Source: a virus. From it: 64,000 nucleotides of DNA. The position numbers and the translations under genes were made by a program. Of the stretch, positions 1 to 9,774 are shown piece after piece. The stretch is taken from the IMG/VR virus record IMGVR_UViG_3300020180_000010, positions 1-64,000 of that record. The stretch is one strand, 5' to 3'. Each line of letters opens with the position of its first letter. The first letter of the stretch is position 1. The notes under the pieces were generated by a model, which saw nothing but the letters and a program-made list of their open reading frames with translations, was not told where the DNA came from and searched no databases.

Positions 1-85
1 ACATTGGTTTCTGAATGGAAACGAAATAAAATGCTCTGATAATGAAGAATTTATCCGTATTGTACCGATGATAGCAATTTTGTAA
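1..85 (+). CDS. 3' end of a HREDGPA-repeat family protein (truncated by window edge)
   Basis: Frame from base 2 reads HWFLNGNEIKCSDNEEFIRIVPMIAIL*, matching the tail of 47445..47984 (WFLNGNEINCFDNEEFTRLIKMIAIW). Confidence 0.85.
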   Translation, partial: HWFLNGNEIKCSDNEEFIRIVPMIAIL

Positions 86-134
86 ATATATTGTAACTGA
101 AGTTATTATAATAATACATTAAAAATTATGCGTT

Positions 135-428
135 TTAAGCTATCGGATGTTCTAGCTTGGCTGAATTTATTTCAATTTTACAGCCAGTATATCCGTTAAT
201 CATCTTCAGAACCAAATCAGATCTGGATTTCTGATCACAAAACATTGCTATTTCGTGCAATCCGTGCGGTAGGAAATGGACTTTGCTCATCGCCATACGG
301 TAGGCAATGAGCAAAGCCGCTTCTTTAGTCGTGACGACTCTAAAATCAGAGGATCCGCCCTGATCTGCCAAACTTACGATCCATACTTCCATTGCGGGTC
401 CAATATTCATTTGTTCGGATCTCGTCAA
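135..428 (-). CDS. hypothetical protein
   Basis: 97 aa ORF overlapping the neighbouring stop by 4 nt; no motif recognised. Confidence 0.6.
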   Translation of the reverse strand: MTRSEQMNIGPAMEVWIVSLADQGGSSDFRVVTTKEAALLIAYRMAMSKVHFLPHGLHEIAMFCDQKSRSDLVLKMINGYTGCKIEINSAKLEHPIA

Positions 429-775
429 TATTTAGTATAAAATATTCTATCAAAATCTAAATGGTCTAATTGGAGCGTTAACCCGGGCGGGCCATAACGA
501 TTCATTTCTACTGAAATCAACCCTTTTTTAATAAAGAGGACAAAATCAACCTCTTCCCTATTAAATCCATCCTGAAGATTCCGTACAATTAATAAACGTC
601 TGCCTGTTAGTCGGATTCTTTCTGGGTAGGAAGGATCCGCTAGGATCCGAGCATCAAATTCTGCCCCGTCTATCGTTTCATCAATAGATATTTGGACTTT
701 TAGCGTCATCAGTGCTGACGCGGATATATCGTGATTCAGCACAATAACGGCGGGAGACCTGTTTCCAAAGCCCAT
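425..775 (-). CDS. hypothetical protein
   Basis: 116 aa ORF, divergent from dut. Confidence 0.7.
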   Translation of the reverse strand: MGFGNRSPAVIVLNHDISASALMTLKVQISIDETIDGAEFDARILADPSYPERIRLTGRRLLIVRNLQDGFNREEVDFVLFIKKGLISVEMNRYGPPGLTLQLDHLDFDRIFYTKY

Positions 776-844
776 ACCTACATCACGTTTTATTCGTAAT
801 GAAGCGAAGCGACGATAAACGCTCCGGGCCGGGTCGGTTCAGTT

Positions 845-1345
845 ATGAACTGGCCCGTATTTCATTTTGCACTTCGTTACGACATTTCTGATCAACCTCA
901 ATTTCTACCCAGACAGGGTGAACCCCTCGCAACCGGTTGGGACGTATTCGCCGCGCCGGTAGATCGTAACCCAATAATACTGCGAGCTGGACAGTATGTA
1001 AAAATACCATTGGGTATCAGGGCATTCAGTCCAGATAGTTGGTGGTTACAACTAAATCCCCGCAGTAGCACTTTTGCTAAAAAATCACTCCATGCACTGT
1101 ATGGAGTCATTGATAGTTCCTATGAAGGGGAACTTACGTTTGTTGCTCAGTATCAGCCAGACGTCAGGTCTCTAGGTACTGATCTGGTTATTAATTTTGG
1201 TGACGCGGTGGGTCAATTAATACCGGTCCCGCGTCAACAAATGTCTGTCGTACAGATTACCAATACTGAATTCGACGATATGTGCCGGGAGCGTGGCGCC
1301 GTTAGGGGCGCCGGAGGATTCGGTAGCACCACGGGTGGCCAATAA
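845..1345 (+). CDS. dut: trimeric dUTPase
   Basis: Motifs ATGWD, PRSS, GVIDSSYEGE, GDAVGQL, RGAGGFGS. Confidence 0.92.
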   Translation: MNWPVFHFALRYDISDQPQFLPRQGEPLATGWDVFAAPVDRNPIILRAGQYVKIPLGIRAFSPDSWWLQLNPRSSTFAKKSLHALYGVIDSSYEGELTFVAQYQPDVRSLGTDLVINFGDAVGQLIPVPRQQMSVVQITNTEFDDMCRERGAVRGAGGFGSTTGGQ

Positions 1346-1557
1346 TGAATGGCCGTGCCGAGACGGATGACCAAAAAGAAATGGTCATGGCGAGGATCCT
1401 GGCGGCCTGGAAGACCCAGCCATCTCTTCGTTTAGGTCAATTGATTTGGGGATCTAATCACCTTAGATCGGGCCCGGATCTATTTTATGTTGAGGACTTT
1501 AAATTGGTCGAACGTATAGAAGATCAGGTCACAACAACAACAACCAAAAATGCGTAA
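1345..1557 (+). CDS. small phage protein (WKxxPxLRLGQL type, YihD/DUF1040-like)
   Basis: AWKTQPSLRLGQLI...DLFYVED pattern. Confidence 0.6.
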   Translation: MNGRAETDDQKEMVMARILAAWKTQPSLRLGQLIWGSNHLRSGPDLFYVEDFKLVERIEDQVTTTTTKNA

Positions 1558-1762
1558 TTATAATCGTACCAAGTTTACTGATGATGAATTACGCAATGCT
1601 GGAATCCCGACCCGAAAACAGCAAAGACTACTCAGATCTCTTAAAGATGGATCTGATTTGTTCGTCACGACCATTCTATATGGATGCTTCGCGGTACCGT
1701 TAGCATGTATCGCGTATACATGGATTCTGGCGTTTCTGAAGCTACTTGGTAAGGAACCATGA
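1550..1762 (+). CDS. small membrane protein
   Basis: C-terminal hydrophobic helix; coupled to neighbours. Confidence 0.6.
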   Translation: MRNYNRTKFTDDELRNAGIPTRKQQRLLRSLKDGSDLFVTTILYGCFAVPLACIAYTWILAFLKLLGKEP

Positions 1763-1980
1763 AAACTTATTTTGATATACAGTTGGAGTCAAGATTGCCC
1801 GCGACTATCAAATATAGGATTCTGGCCGAGTCTCCTCAAGAAGCCCTTCAGATGCTCTTGAAGGGAACTATCAATCCGATAGAAGTAAAATATAAACTAA
1901 ATGCCCGGCGCGACATCAAAGCAACCATCTACGCTGCCGGAAGCAATTTAGTAAAACTGGTCAAGCACTTTATAAGATGA
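1759..1980 (+). CDS. hypothetical protein
   Basis: AAGGA RBS, ATGA overlaps. Confidence 0.7.
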   Translation: MKTYFDIQLESRLPATIKYRILAESPQEALQMLLKGTINPIEVKYKLNARRDIKATIYAAGSNLVKLVKHFIR

Positions 1981-2285
1981 TCCGGATATCGGTAGATCTG
2001 GCCTGGTGTGACATGAGTAATAATGAGCATAAATTCTTAGTAACGGATTGTAGGTCAGAGAAGCCAGTCTACACTTCTGTTTATATTAATTTTGATACAA
2101 GGGTTCCTCTGGATTGTGGGAAAATAGCAGCTATATATTATATTTTTCCAGAAGATAAAGAAGAGCTGATTTACCAATACTGTGTAGAAAATAGTATTGA
2201 TTTTACTATTCTTGAAGAATTCGCTATGATTCCGGAATTTGCTGATTTATTTTTACGATTAAAACGTTTTAGTCCCTTAGCATGA
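1977..2285 (+). CDS. hypothetical protein with shared C-terminal motif (RFSPLA)
   Basis: 102 aa ORF, ATGA-coupled. Confidence 0.7.
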   Translation: MIRISVDLAWCDMSNNEHKFLVTDCRSEKPVYTSVYINFDTRVPLDCGKIAAIYYIFPEDKEELIYQYCVENSIDFTILEEFAMIPEFADLFLRLKRFSPLA

Positions 2286-2294
2286 AAGTTAACC

Positions 2295-2918
2295 ATGAGC
2301 TTACAATATTACGTCTTGGATTCCGAAACTAATGGATTGAAATGCGGGTTTCATGAACTGACAGAAATTTGCTGTATAAGAGTCCAGGATCGTATGCAAT
2401 TAGCACGAAACATCATTGCTAAATATCCTGAACGATCCAGCCTTCAAGCATTACAGATAACTGGTAAGACCATGGCTGATCTTCAGTACGGCCACCCGCA
2501 GCATCAAGTCGTGATGGATTTTAATAAGTTTTTTGAGTCAGATGGATTGACTCCCGACCATAGATGTATAATCGCACACAATGCTTTGTTTGATAGGAAA
2601 TTTCTTCATAACCTATGGTCTCAAAATAATATAAGATTTCCGGCAGCCCTGTGGGTCGACACGATTCCTATCGTCAGGACAATATTTAAAAACGAAGGCA
2701 TGGTAAAACCCAAGACAAATCTTACCGATACTTGTAACAATTTAGGAATAAAAAAGGTTGCCGGGACTCACAATGCCGTTTCTGACGCACGTAACCTTTA
2801 TTTCGTATGGGAAAAGGTAAAGGAGCGAGTGGATCATTTAGAATATATTAAACCGTATCCTCATCTATTAAGCTCCGATACTACGACTGATCAATCAGAA
2901 GAAATCGACCATGAATAA
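2295..2918 (+). CDS. DEDDh 3'-5' exonuclease (DnaQ-like)
   Basis: LDSETNG, AHNALFD, HNAVSD motifs. Confidence 0.9.
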   Translation: MSLQYYVLDSETNGLKCGFHELTEICCIRVQDRMQLARNIIAKYPERSSLQALQITGKTMADLQYGHPQHQVVMDFNKFFESDGLTPDHRCIIAHNALFDRKFLHNLWSQNNIRFPAALWVDTIPIVRTIFKNEGMVKPKTNLTDTCNNLGIKKVAGTHNAVSDARNLYFVWEKVKERVDHLEYIKPYPHLLSSDTTTDQSEEIDHE

Positions 2919-3285
2919 TATCATTTATGGTTTAACGTCTCTATTATGTTATAGTTTGATTATGGAGTTAGGGAAAGATCTTAATCTAAAGCAAAATTTT
3001 AAATTCTTTACAATGCACGCATTATCGCTAATCGTAATGCTCGTTGGATCGTTTGTCTTGTACAGTTCATTAAAAGTCTACGCTATATGCGGATGTTTAT
3101 CTGTAATGTGGGGATGTTTCGAGCTTCTCTATCATAATAAATCAAAAGAAACCGCGACACATATGTTCGTAACTTTACTTCTTGTTTGGTTTTTCTGGGC
3201 GCCATGCGCAGCGTTCATTATATTTTTTAATTCTTATTTTAAAGAATATAGTGAGCGTTATATTCAGAATAAACCACCAACGTGA
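2911..3285 (+). CDS. multi-pass membrane protein
   Basis: About four hydrophobic segments. Confidence 0.7.
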   Translation: MNNIIYGLTSLLCYSLIMELGKDLNLKQNFKFFTMHALSLIVMLVGSFVLYSSLKVYAICGCLSVMWGCFELLYHNKSKETATHMFVTLLLVWFFWAPCAAFIIFFNSYFKEYSERYIQNKPPT

Positions 3286-3940
3286 CGTTAGGGTGGTTGT
3301 TTTGTTAAAACAAACGATCGAAGCATTCTATATAAAATACAAAGGATATTTGGAAACAGTACAGGCCTATACTATGGAATCTGGCCTCGCAGATGTCATG
3401 CAGGCATGTCGTATGAAGCCTCTAAATCATTATATTTCGCCTCTTCCGGTTTCTGCCAGGCTTGAACGGCATTGGTGTGATGAATCACGTTGTTCGATCC
3501 TTATAAAGAAGAGAAAAATTAAAACCGTACAGAATGATTTATCCGTTCCGGCAAATATCAGTACCACGGATATGTTTTGTAATTTATCTATATTTGATTT
3601 GCCTAAAATTAGCCAATCCGTATATATAGGTGTGGGTACGGATGAGTCAGACCGACATGTATTCATATTATCTTTTTTAGGAGATGATATGTTTATTAGA
3701 TCCCGATTATACGTTGATGGGAATTGGCAGAAGGTTTCGCCGATCGTTATGACGATACCTTTGGTTCGGGAGCTGCTCCGGGGAGACCGTCATAATGCTT
3801 CGATCGTTGGTAATGAATCTACCGTGCCGGATTTGCCATTTATTTGGCAATATCAATATACCGTGCCGATTCCGATACCCGATGAATTCAAAGCCACGAT
3901 AATGTCAAGTTTTCCGTTTTTATTTCGTTACTTATGTTAA
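3182..3940 (+). CDS. hypothetical protein (true start probably near 3293-3302)
   Basis: Long ORF; its 5' part overlaps the upstream gene. Confidence 0.7.
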   Translation: MFGFSGRHAQRSLYFLILILKNIVSVIFRINHQRDVRVVVLLKQTIEAFYIKYKGYLETVQAYTMESGLADVMQACRMKPLNHYISPLPVSARLERHWCDESRCSILIKKRKIKTVQNDLSVPANISTTDMFCNLSIFDLPKISQSVYIGVGTDESDRHVFILSFLGDDMFIRSRLYVDGNWQKVSPIVMTIPLVRELLRGDRHNASIVGNESTVPDLPFIWQYQYTVPIPIPDEFKATIMSSFPFLFRYLC

Positions 3941-3959
3941 AATTTAAGGAGATTCTGGT

Positions 3960-4181
3960 TTGAAGAAAGAGAAAAGAGACCGTTTGGAAATGGACGGAGT
4001 TGTTCAGGATACATCAAAGGGTAAATTTACCGTCGAGATAACAGATCTTCACAAAGTAAAATGTACCTTGTCTGGTAAAATAAGACAGAATGCTGTCCGG
4101 ATCCTTGTAGGGGATCGCGTTAGGGTGGAGCTGTCTCAGTACGATACTCTTCAAGGAAGAATCGTATATAGATTCGGATGA
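3960..4181 (+). CDS. infA: translation initiation factor IF-1
   Basis: SGKIRQNAVRILVGDRVRVELSQYD...GRIVYR; AAGGAG RBS before TTG. Confidence 0.93.
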   Translation: MKKEKRDRLEMDGVVQDTSKGKFTVEITDLHKVKCTLSGKIRQNAVRILVGDRVRVELSQYDTLQGRIVYRFG

Positions 4182-4184
4182 TTC

Positions 4185-4463
4185 ATGAATATGAAATTCA
4201 TTCATTACATTACCTTAATAAGTATGTTGTTGTTGTGTTGCAATAACAATACCTCCAGGGAAGATTTTGGGATCAGCGGTGCAGATCCCTTGTCATCCAA
4301 GGATGCTTCAACAGACGTTGATATCGGGGCCTGTCATGTTGGCTTCGCTGCCTGCGAAGCACCGTGTTTAAATTCCACACTCAACACGTCTTCCAGAAAA
4401 GAATGTCTGAACACCTGTGTTTACAAATTTAGAGTCTGTACACAATGTCCTCTGGTGGATTGA
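4185..4463 (+). CDS. Cys-rich putative lipoprotein
   Basis: Signal peptide ending LLLC/C, DASTDVD linker, CxxxxxxCxxxC patterns. Confidence 0.65.
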   Translation: MNMKFIHYITLISMLLLCCNNNTSREDFGISGADPLSSKDASTDVDIGACHVGFAACEAPCLNSTLNTSSRKECLNTCVYKFRVCTQCPLVD

Positions 4464-4473
4464 ATCATAATTA

Positions 4474-4782
4474 ATGAGTTTATTAAAAGTATTTAAAGAA
4501 GTCGAAGCGTTGATCTCTTCCGGCTATGATGGGCCATTATCCGGCGAAGCTGTAGAATCTTTGTTCAGGGCGGTGCGACAGCATCAGGTAGAGCGTGAAG
4601 AAGATTGGGAAGATGACTACGCGGATGCCGTAGCGGTGCTGGAGCGTGCCGCCCGAACAAGCGATAGTCTGGCTTCCTGGTCCGGAGCCAGTGGAAACTG
4701 GACATTACAATCCGCCTCTATCAATACAAATAAAGCTTTGAAAATACTACTACTGGTGGGAAAGCATGACGATGGCAAGTAA
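4474..4782 (+). CDS. hypothetical protein
   Basis: 102 aa ORF in operon. Confidence 0.65.
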   Translation: MSLLKVFKEVEALISSGYDGPLSGEAVESLFRAVRQHQVEREEDWEDDYADAVAVLERAARTSDSLASWSGASGNWTLQSASINTNKALKILLLVGKHDDGK

Positions 4783-5068
4783 TCGAATAAAAAACGGCAT
4801 ACGTACGAATAAGAAAGAACTTACGTTAGAAGAACGTATTGATAAACTTTTAAAATTCGGAGTTGATAGACCTGAAAAATGGTCTGCTGTTGAAAATTAT
4901 ATAGAACCGGATCTTTATACAAAATATGCGGGTGATCTTTTTAATCCAGTTTGCTTTGATGACCTGCTGAAACATCATCAGGATGAAACTAAATTTTTAT
5001 TTGAGGTAATAAGAGAATTGGTCAGGCGTCTTGACGGATCAATGACTGATTTCAACTATCATGAATAA
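4766..5068 (+). CDS. hypothetical protein
   Basis: 100 aa ORF in operon. Confidence 0.65.
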   Translation: MTMASNRIKNGIRTNKKELTLEERIDKLLKFGVDRPEKWSAVENYIEPDLYTKYAGDLFNPVCFDDLLKHHQDETKFLFEVIRELVRRLDGSMTDFNYHE

Positions 5069-5112
5069 ATGATCAGTAGCTAAAAAAGCAATCGTACCAA
5101 ATAGTTACGGGA

Positions 5113-6480
5113 TCACGACGCCCATGTCAGGCGATCCGTACTTGCGAATGCGCGGCACCGCCGGATGACGCAGTTTATCTGTTCCACGGCTCCGGACTGG
5201 TAGCGCTGCCACATCGAGAGATTCGAGTCGGTATTCGCGACGTTGCCGAAAGTTCCCGCAGCCCACGTTCCGAGCGTGGTCACTGAACCCTTGTTGACGC
5301 GGACCTTGAGCGCCGCGGACTTAGCCACGTTTCCGGCCTCGACCCACACCTCGACGAGGTCGTACTCGTTCCACGACGGGAAGTTGGTCGGGCACGTCAC
5401 CGACACGCCCCCCACGTTGAACGTGGCGACCATCGTCGCCATGTTGACCTTGAGGGCTGCGCTAGCCACTCCGTCGATGACTTCAAAGATGGTCTTGGTG
5501 CCGCTCGAAAAGGCGGAGCGCGGCGCGAGCATCCACGCCTCGAACGACATACGCAGGTGCCCGCTCGGAATCCACGAGTTGGGGTTCATGCCTCCCGGGT
5601 TGAAGCGGAACGCTTCGGGGTCGCGCGTGTTCGAGGCGCCGGTGGTCGGAATCGGCGAGACGCTATGCCATTGGGATACCTCGACCATGAAGGCGTCCAT
5701 GATGACCGTACCGATCGCCGCGTTGAAGAAGTGTCCCTGGTTGAAGTTGGTACCGGGTGACGAGACGGGCCCGCCGCGGTACTTCGCCCACGCTGTCGAC
5801 AAAGCGCCTCCGAGGTACAGGACGTTCATGAACGACGTGCCGCCGCCAGCCGGTAGTGTCCCGGAGGGTGTCCGGTGCCAAACGGACGCGAAGATCGAAG
5901 ACGAGTTCACGCCGAAGAAATCGAGCTTGGAGTAGCTACCGAGGTTCGCGAAGCTGACCTGGCGCGAGTTAGTCCCGTCACCGAGCAGGCTGATGCCTGA
6001 GTCCGCGTACGTGTCGCCACCACCGCCAGCATTGCCGAGCAGGTCGAAGCGCGTCGAGCGCGTGAAGTAGTTGGTACTCGTCGCCTCAAGGATCATTCCG
6101 ACGAGGCGGTCGCCGTTGTAGTCTAGTACCGGCATCGAACCAAGACGCAGTAGCCCAGGCGACATGCCTCCTCCAAAGAATACGTTGTTCGATATTCCCG
6201 CATAAGGCAGATAGCACTTACCTCCTCCTTGCGTCGATGCGTACCAAGGCGACGTGTTATTAGCGCCAGCGTAGGAGCCGCTGATACCTGCCGCGTATCC
6301 AGGCGTGCCGAGGTACGGGTGGAAGTCGAAGAGCGGTGTAGGATCTCCAAATGAGTGAGTCCGCGCACCCATTCCCATTCCACTCGGGGAACACTGGATT
6401 CGTGCCATCGCAGCCATCGCAGCCGGTCCATTTAGAATTCTATTCACGTACGCACCGACCAGCGAATCTCCGATTGCCAA
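5113..6480 (-). CDS. virion fibre/spike protein, head-spike-fibre/lectin-like, GC-rich (start probably a downstream ATG)
   Basis: GMILEATSTN and SPIPTTGASNTRDPE resemble the GLLIE..TN and SYIPT....TRxxD motifs of phage spike fibres; 63% GC in 5281-5340. Confidence 0.6.
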   Translation of the reverse strand: MAIGDSLVGAYVNRILNGPAAMAAMARIQCSPSGMGMGARTHSFGDPTPLFDFHPYLGTPGYAAGISGSYAGANNTSPWYASTQGGGKCYLPYAGISNNVFFGGGMSPGLLRLGSMPVLDYNGDRLVGMILEATSTNYFTRSTRFDLLGNAGGGGDTYADSGISLLGDGTNSRQVSFANLGSYSKLDFFGVNSSSIFASVWHRTPSGTLPAGGGTSFMNVLYLGGALSTAWAKYRGGPVSSPGTNFNQGHFFNAAIGTVIMDAFMVEVSQWHSVSPIPTTGASNTRDPEAFRFNPGGMNPNSWIPSGHLRMSFEAWMLAPRSAFSSGTKTIFEVIDGVASAALKVNMATMVATFNVGGVSVTCPTNFPSWNEYDLVEVWVEAGNVAKSAALKVRVNKGSVTTLGTWAAGTFGNVANTDSNLSMWQRYQSGAVEQINCVIRRCRAFASTDRLTWAS

Positions 6481-7484
6481 TTGATAGTCGTCGCGGCGAC
6501 GCCCGTAACTACGAATTCAATTGTAACGTTATCTCCGTTGAGTTGGAAGGCTGTGCTGTAGCCCGCGACACTTACGTGCGAGACTGTCAGCGCTGGTGCT
6601 ACTTTTACCGTTGTGGTGCCGCCGTGACGCTCGTAAGCTACCTTGTATTCGGCCCAGAAGAGATCTCCCGTCGCGACGTTGAAACCCTGAATGATGCCGT
6701 AGGCTGTTATGCTCTGGCCGTTCGTGAGAACGAGAGAGTCAATGACACCGGGCGTCGCGTTAGTAGTTTGAGCAGTTTTGTGGCGCGAGCGAATGCGGGA
6801 GTTGCCGCTGCTTTGGTTCCAGTCGGTCTCGGACGACGAGAGGATAACGATGCCGCTTGATCCGGTGATGGTTGTTACGACGTTCGCCGCCGTAGTTCCG
6901 GTGACGTCTCCAGTAAGGGTCTGGGCAGCTTGATTGGCAGTCGGTAAGATACCTGTTACGTAGTTAGCTCCACCGGCAAGATTGATAGATGACCAGGATG
7001 GAGAGGTCCCGGCTGAAAGGGTATTTCCGGTGGTTCCGGAAGCCAAACGTACCCAATTCGTTCCGTTGAAATAAATTATATCGCCAGCAGCCTGACTTGA
7101 AATACTCAAATCAATAGGGTATCCCCATGATGGATTGGCTCCGGTTCCACCCGTGATAAGTGCTTTGCCTAAAGTACCGGCAGGCAGCCTCGTCCATACG
7201 GTTCCGTTAAAATAAAATACATCTCCCTGAGCTTCTCCCGATACCTCAAAAGCTGATGCCGCGGCAACTGTCCAGTTGCTATTGTCGATTCCACCGACTA
7301 ATTGATACATGGTTGTGCTGGACCGAACCCAAGCCAGCATCCCATCTTCTCTAAAATAATCAGGTAAAGCATTCCGAGCAGTCAAATCCGCAACAGAATG
7401 AAGTCCGCCTTTTATATCTGATTGCCGGGCCTGTTCAAACGGACCACCCGGAGCAACGGTTCCACCGAGAACAATATCACTCAT
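6444..7484 (-). CDS. virion fibre protein, paralog of the N-terminus of 27265..31059
   Basis: VADLTARNALP..R..GML.WV motif; QGDVFYFNGTVW and AGDIIYFNGTNW repeats; NLAGGANYVTG linker. Confidence 0.7.
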   Translation of the reverse strand: MSDIVLGGTVAPGGPFEQARQSDIKGGLHSVADLTARNALPDYFREDGMLAWVRSSTTMYQLVGGIDNSNWTVAAASAFEVSGEAQGDVFYFNGTVWTRLPAGTLGKALITGGTGANPSWGYPIDLSISSQAAGDIIYFNGTNWVRLASGTTGNTLSAGTSPSWSSINLAGGANYVTGILPTANQAAQTLTGDVTGTTAANVVTTITGSSGIVILSSSETDWNQSSGNSRIRSRHKTAQTTNATPGVIDSLVLTNGQSITAYGIIQGFNVATGDLFWAEYKVAYERHGGTTTVKVAPALTVSHVSVAGYSTAFQLNGDNVTIEFVVTGVAATTINWQSEIRWSVRT

Positions 7485-8956
7485 TAGCTTACCGTTATTG
7501 TGAATGTAGATGTGAGTAAATTATCTGATCGCCATACATCGTAACTCCTAGTTACACCGTTTCTAGTTATCTGCACTGTTGTGGTGAGGGTGAACGGGAT
7601 AACGAATCCTGTGATCGCATCCTTTATCAATACAGTGCCGGAATTATATTGAGAATGCGAAGGCCAGAGAAAATTTACATATTGAGTCGCAGGACTGAAA
7701 GTCCTTGTCTGACCCCTACCGGTTTGTAATGAATCGCTGAATCCAGATTGCAACGTAACATTAAACACATCTGTACCACTAACGATAGAAGTACTCTTTA
7801 CTCCATAGTAAACATCACTCGTCCATTGTATTGTCCAGGAAGCATTCCTGGTGAATGGAGTACTGAAAGCACTAAGAGTAGCCGTGACGGTTGGATCCGC
7901 GCCTTCTGCCGAAGGATACTGTGTGCCGTTTCGTTTTATTGATCCGGCGAGTGTCGCCGCGGTATACGCGGAAGGAGTGACGCTCCACGAACCAGGGCCG
8001 ATATCTCCCGGATCAGTAGATCCGCCGTAAGTATTGGCAGCACTGGCTGTGGTGGGCGGGCCCGAAACATATGCGGCGGTGGCGGTGATCCCGGTAACAG
8101 TATCGCCTCTCCTATAAAGGAGAGTTCCGCCATCTGGAGATGATTTTCCCCAGGAAGTAATAGCAAAATCAGGATCAATATCAGCTTGTCTGAGACGTCT
8201 TGATCGGCGGTTCGATGCCGGGTCCTCTACTATTACGGCTCCAGCTATAGCGGCTCGGCCCGGGACCATTATTTCTATCGAGATGGCAGTCACGCCTACT
8301 ACGACGGTTCCGATGCTAGTATAATTTAGAAGTGCCCCGGCGTTAATGGTTCCTTCGGATACCGATACAAAGAAACCAGGAGTAAAATCAGTCGGAATGG
8401 AAAGGTCAGGGGTTCGGGTCCAGGCTCCTGAGGAGGCTATCCAGATTCCATTTTCTGCCGGAAGGGTTTGATTCATCGCCACGACCCTGTCACCCGTTAC
8501 CGTAGTGACGGAATCAACCGTAACGAGACCAGAAAGGCTTAGATTTGTAGTAGATGCGAGTCTTGCTATGTTTTTAACAGCAGTATAGTTATCCTGGGGA
8601 CCCCAGGCAGACCCATCCCAACTTAATGATTGGCCAATTATTGGCAAAGTATCCAGAACAGGTCTTCCCTGCAACCCTACAACAATTTGATTTATGGTAT
8701 TACCGTTTAAATCAGTACCGGGAGTAAAAAAACTACCAGTTCCGCCGGTTGCGATAGTTATGAACTGTTCTATATGATCTAGCCTGTTTCGAACAGTCGA
8801 GTATACAGAACTTGGTTTTACGCCTAATTCTGCTTCCACCGCCACGATAGCATCACGCAGAACATTTACTAATGCCGCGTCGACTGAACTAACCAGATTA
8901 ACTACATCTGGTAAAGATGCCGATGAATCAATGCCGTTGGGATAGATAGTGCTCAA
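7484..8956 (-). CDS. virion structural protein, paralog of 31061..32332
   Basis: Shared YP..D..LP.V, ELGVKPSSVYSTVRNRLD, NQIVVGLQ.RPV and C-terminal RSDN motifs. Confidence 0.75.
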   Translation of the reverse strand: MSTIYPNGIDSSASLPDVVNLVSSVDAALVNVLRDAIVAVEAELGVKPSSVYSTVRNRLDHIEQFITIATGGTGSFFTPGTDLNGNTINQIVVGLQGRPVLDTLPIIGQSLSWDGSAWGPQDNYTAVKNIARLASTTNLSLSGLVTVDSVTTVTGDRVVAMNQTLPAENGIWIASSGAWTRTPDLSIPTDFTPGFFVSVSEGTINAGALLNYTSIGTVVVGVTAISIEIMVPGRAAIAGAVIVEDPASNRRSRRLRQADIDPDFAITSWGKSSPDGGTLLYRRGDTVTGITATAAYVSGPPTTASAANTYGGSTDPGDIGPGSWSVTPSAYTAATLAGSIKRNGTQYPSAEGADPTVTATLSAFSTPFTRNASWTIQWTSDVYYGVKSTSIVSGTDVFNVTLQSGFSDSLQTGRGQTRTFSPATQYVNFLWPSHSQYNSGTVLIKDAITGFVIPFTLTTTVQITRNGVTRSYDVWRSDNLLTSTFTITVS

Positions 8957-8971
8957 TTCATTATTATTTTA

Positions 8972-8979
8972 AATTATGC
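8972..8979 (-). promoter_or_regulatory. candidate late-promoter element GCATAATT
   Basis: Same 8-mer lies 15-16 nt upstream of the first gene of both fibre cassettes (also 32349..32356). Confidence 0.4.
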
Positions 8980-8992
8980 CTGTATAACATAA

Positions 8993-9769
8993 TCAAAACA
9001 ATAGATCCGGAACGCGTGTCGGTACCCAAATATCATGAGTTGTATCCCAATCTATATAACTACTGTCGACCCAAACGTGGCCATTATTAGCCCAGGTCGA
9101 CCCCCAAGAATTTCTAATCCAGTATTGCCGTGTACCGTTTGTATGCCGGTATCCAGTAATGATCATTGCGTGAAGGCCATCATAATGGTCTGGTCTTGAA
9201 AAGACTTGATTCGGAAAGGCATTTTGAAAAGACTTTCCGACTCCAGTTGCAAAAACAACCGGATGTTGTGCTGAAAGAGCCGTTTCGATATCATTCAGTC
9301 TATCATTGCCGTTTGAGTCGATTCGGTAAAAATCCTCAATAGTATTATCATTGGCAGTTTTATAAGCAGATAAAGAAGGTTGAACAAATACCTTCATCGG
9401 GTCATATGGCCACGCGTCCTCTGGACATATCCCGAGACGTTTTAATGAATCGAATGCATTATGAATGTATGTTCCGTTATCTTGATCAGTTTGCTTATTG
9501 TACATCCTAGAATTCCAATATAGAAACATCCTGGAAAGCTGAACAACTGGCCTTCCTTCCAGTCCTAACAGGATCTCCAACGCGTCACTCGTTGCGTTAC
9601 AAACACAACTACCAATCTGATACTGATTACTAATTGGTGTCGATTCATTCAGAATGACTTCATTCTGAACCGTTGCTCCGGCTTGTTTTAATAATGGTGA
9701 CGATATACTTTTGAATGACTTATATGTAAGTCCGGGTGGGGAAGGCAGATATCCTGATGTTTTAAACAT
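8993..9769 (-). CDS. papain-like C1 cysteine peptidase
   Basis: NQYQIGSCVCNA, GLHAMIITGY, IRNSWG catalytic motifs. Confidence 0.92.
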   Translation of the reverse strand: MFKTSGYLPSPPGLTYKSFKSISSPLLKQAGATVQNEVILNESTPISNQYQIGSCVCNATSDALEILLGLEGRPVVQLSRMFLYWNSRMYNKQTDQDNGTYIHNAFDSLKRLGICPEDAWPYDPMKVFVQPSLSAYKTANDNTIEDFYRIDSNGNDRLNDIETALSAQHPVVFATGVGKSFQNAFPNQVFSRPDHYDGLHAMIITGYRHTNGTRQYWIRNSWGSTWANNGHVWVDSSYIDWDTTHDIWVPTRVPDLLF

Positions 9770-9774
9770 TTATT

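Noticed and set aside
5243-6860. Plus-strand ORFs 5243..5935 and 6351..6860 and other shadow ORFs
   Set aside because: They are antisense to GC-rich fibre genes where stops are scarce; no motifs or RBS.
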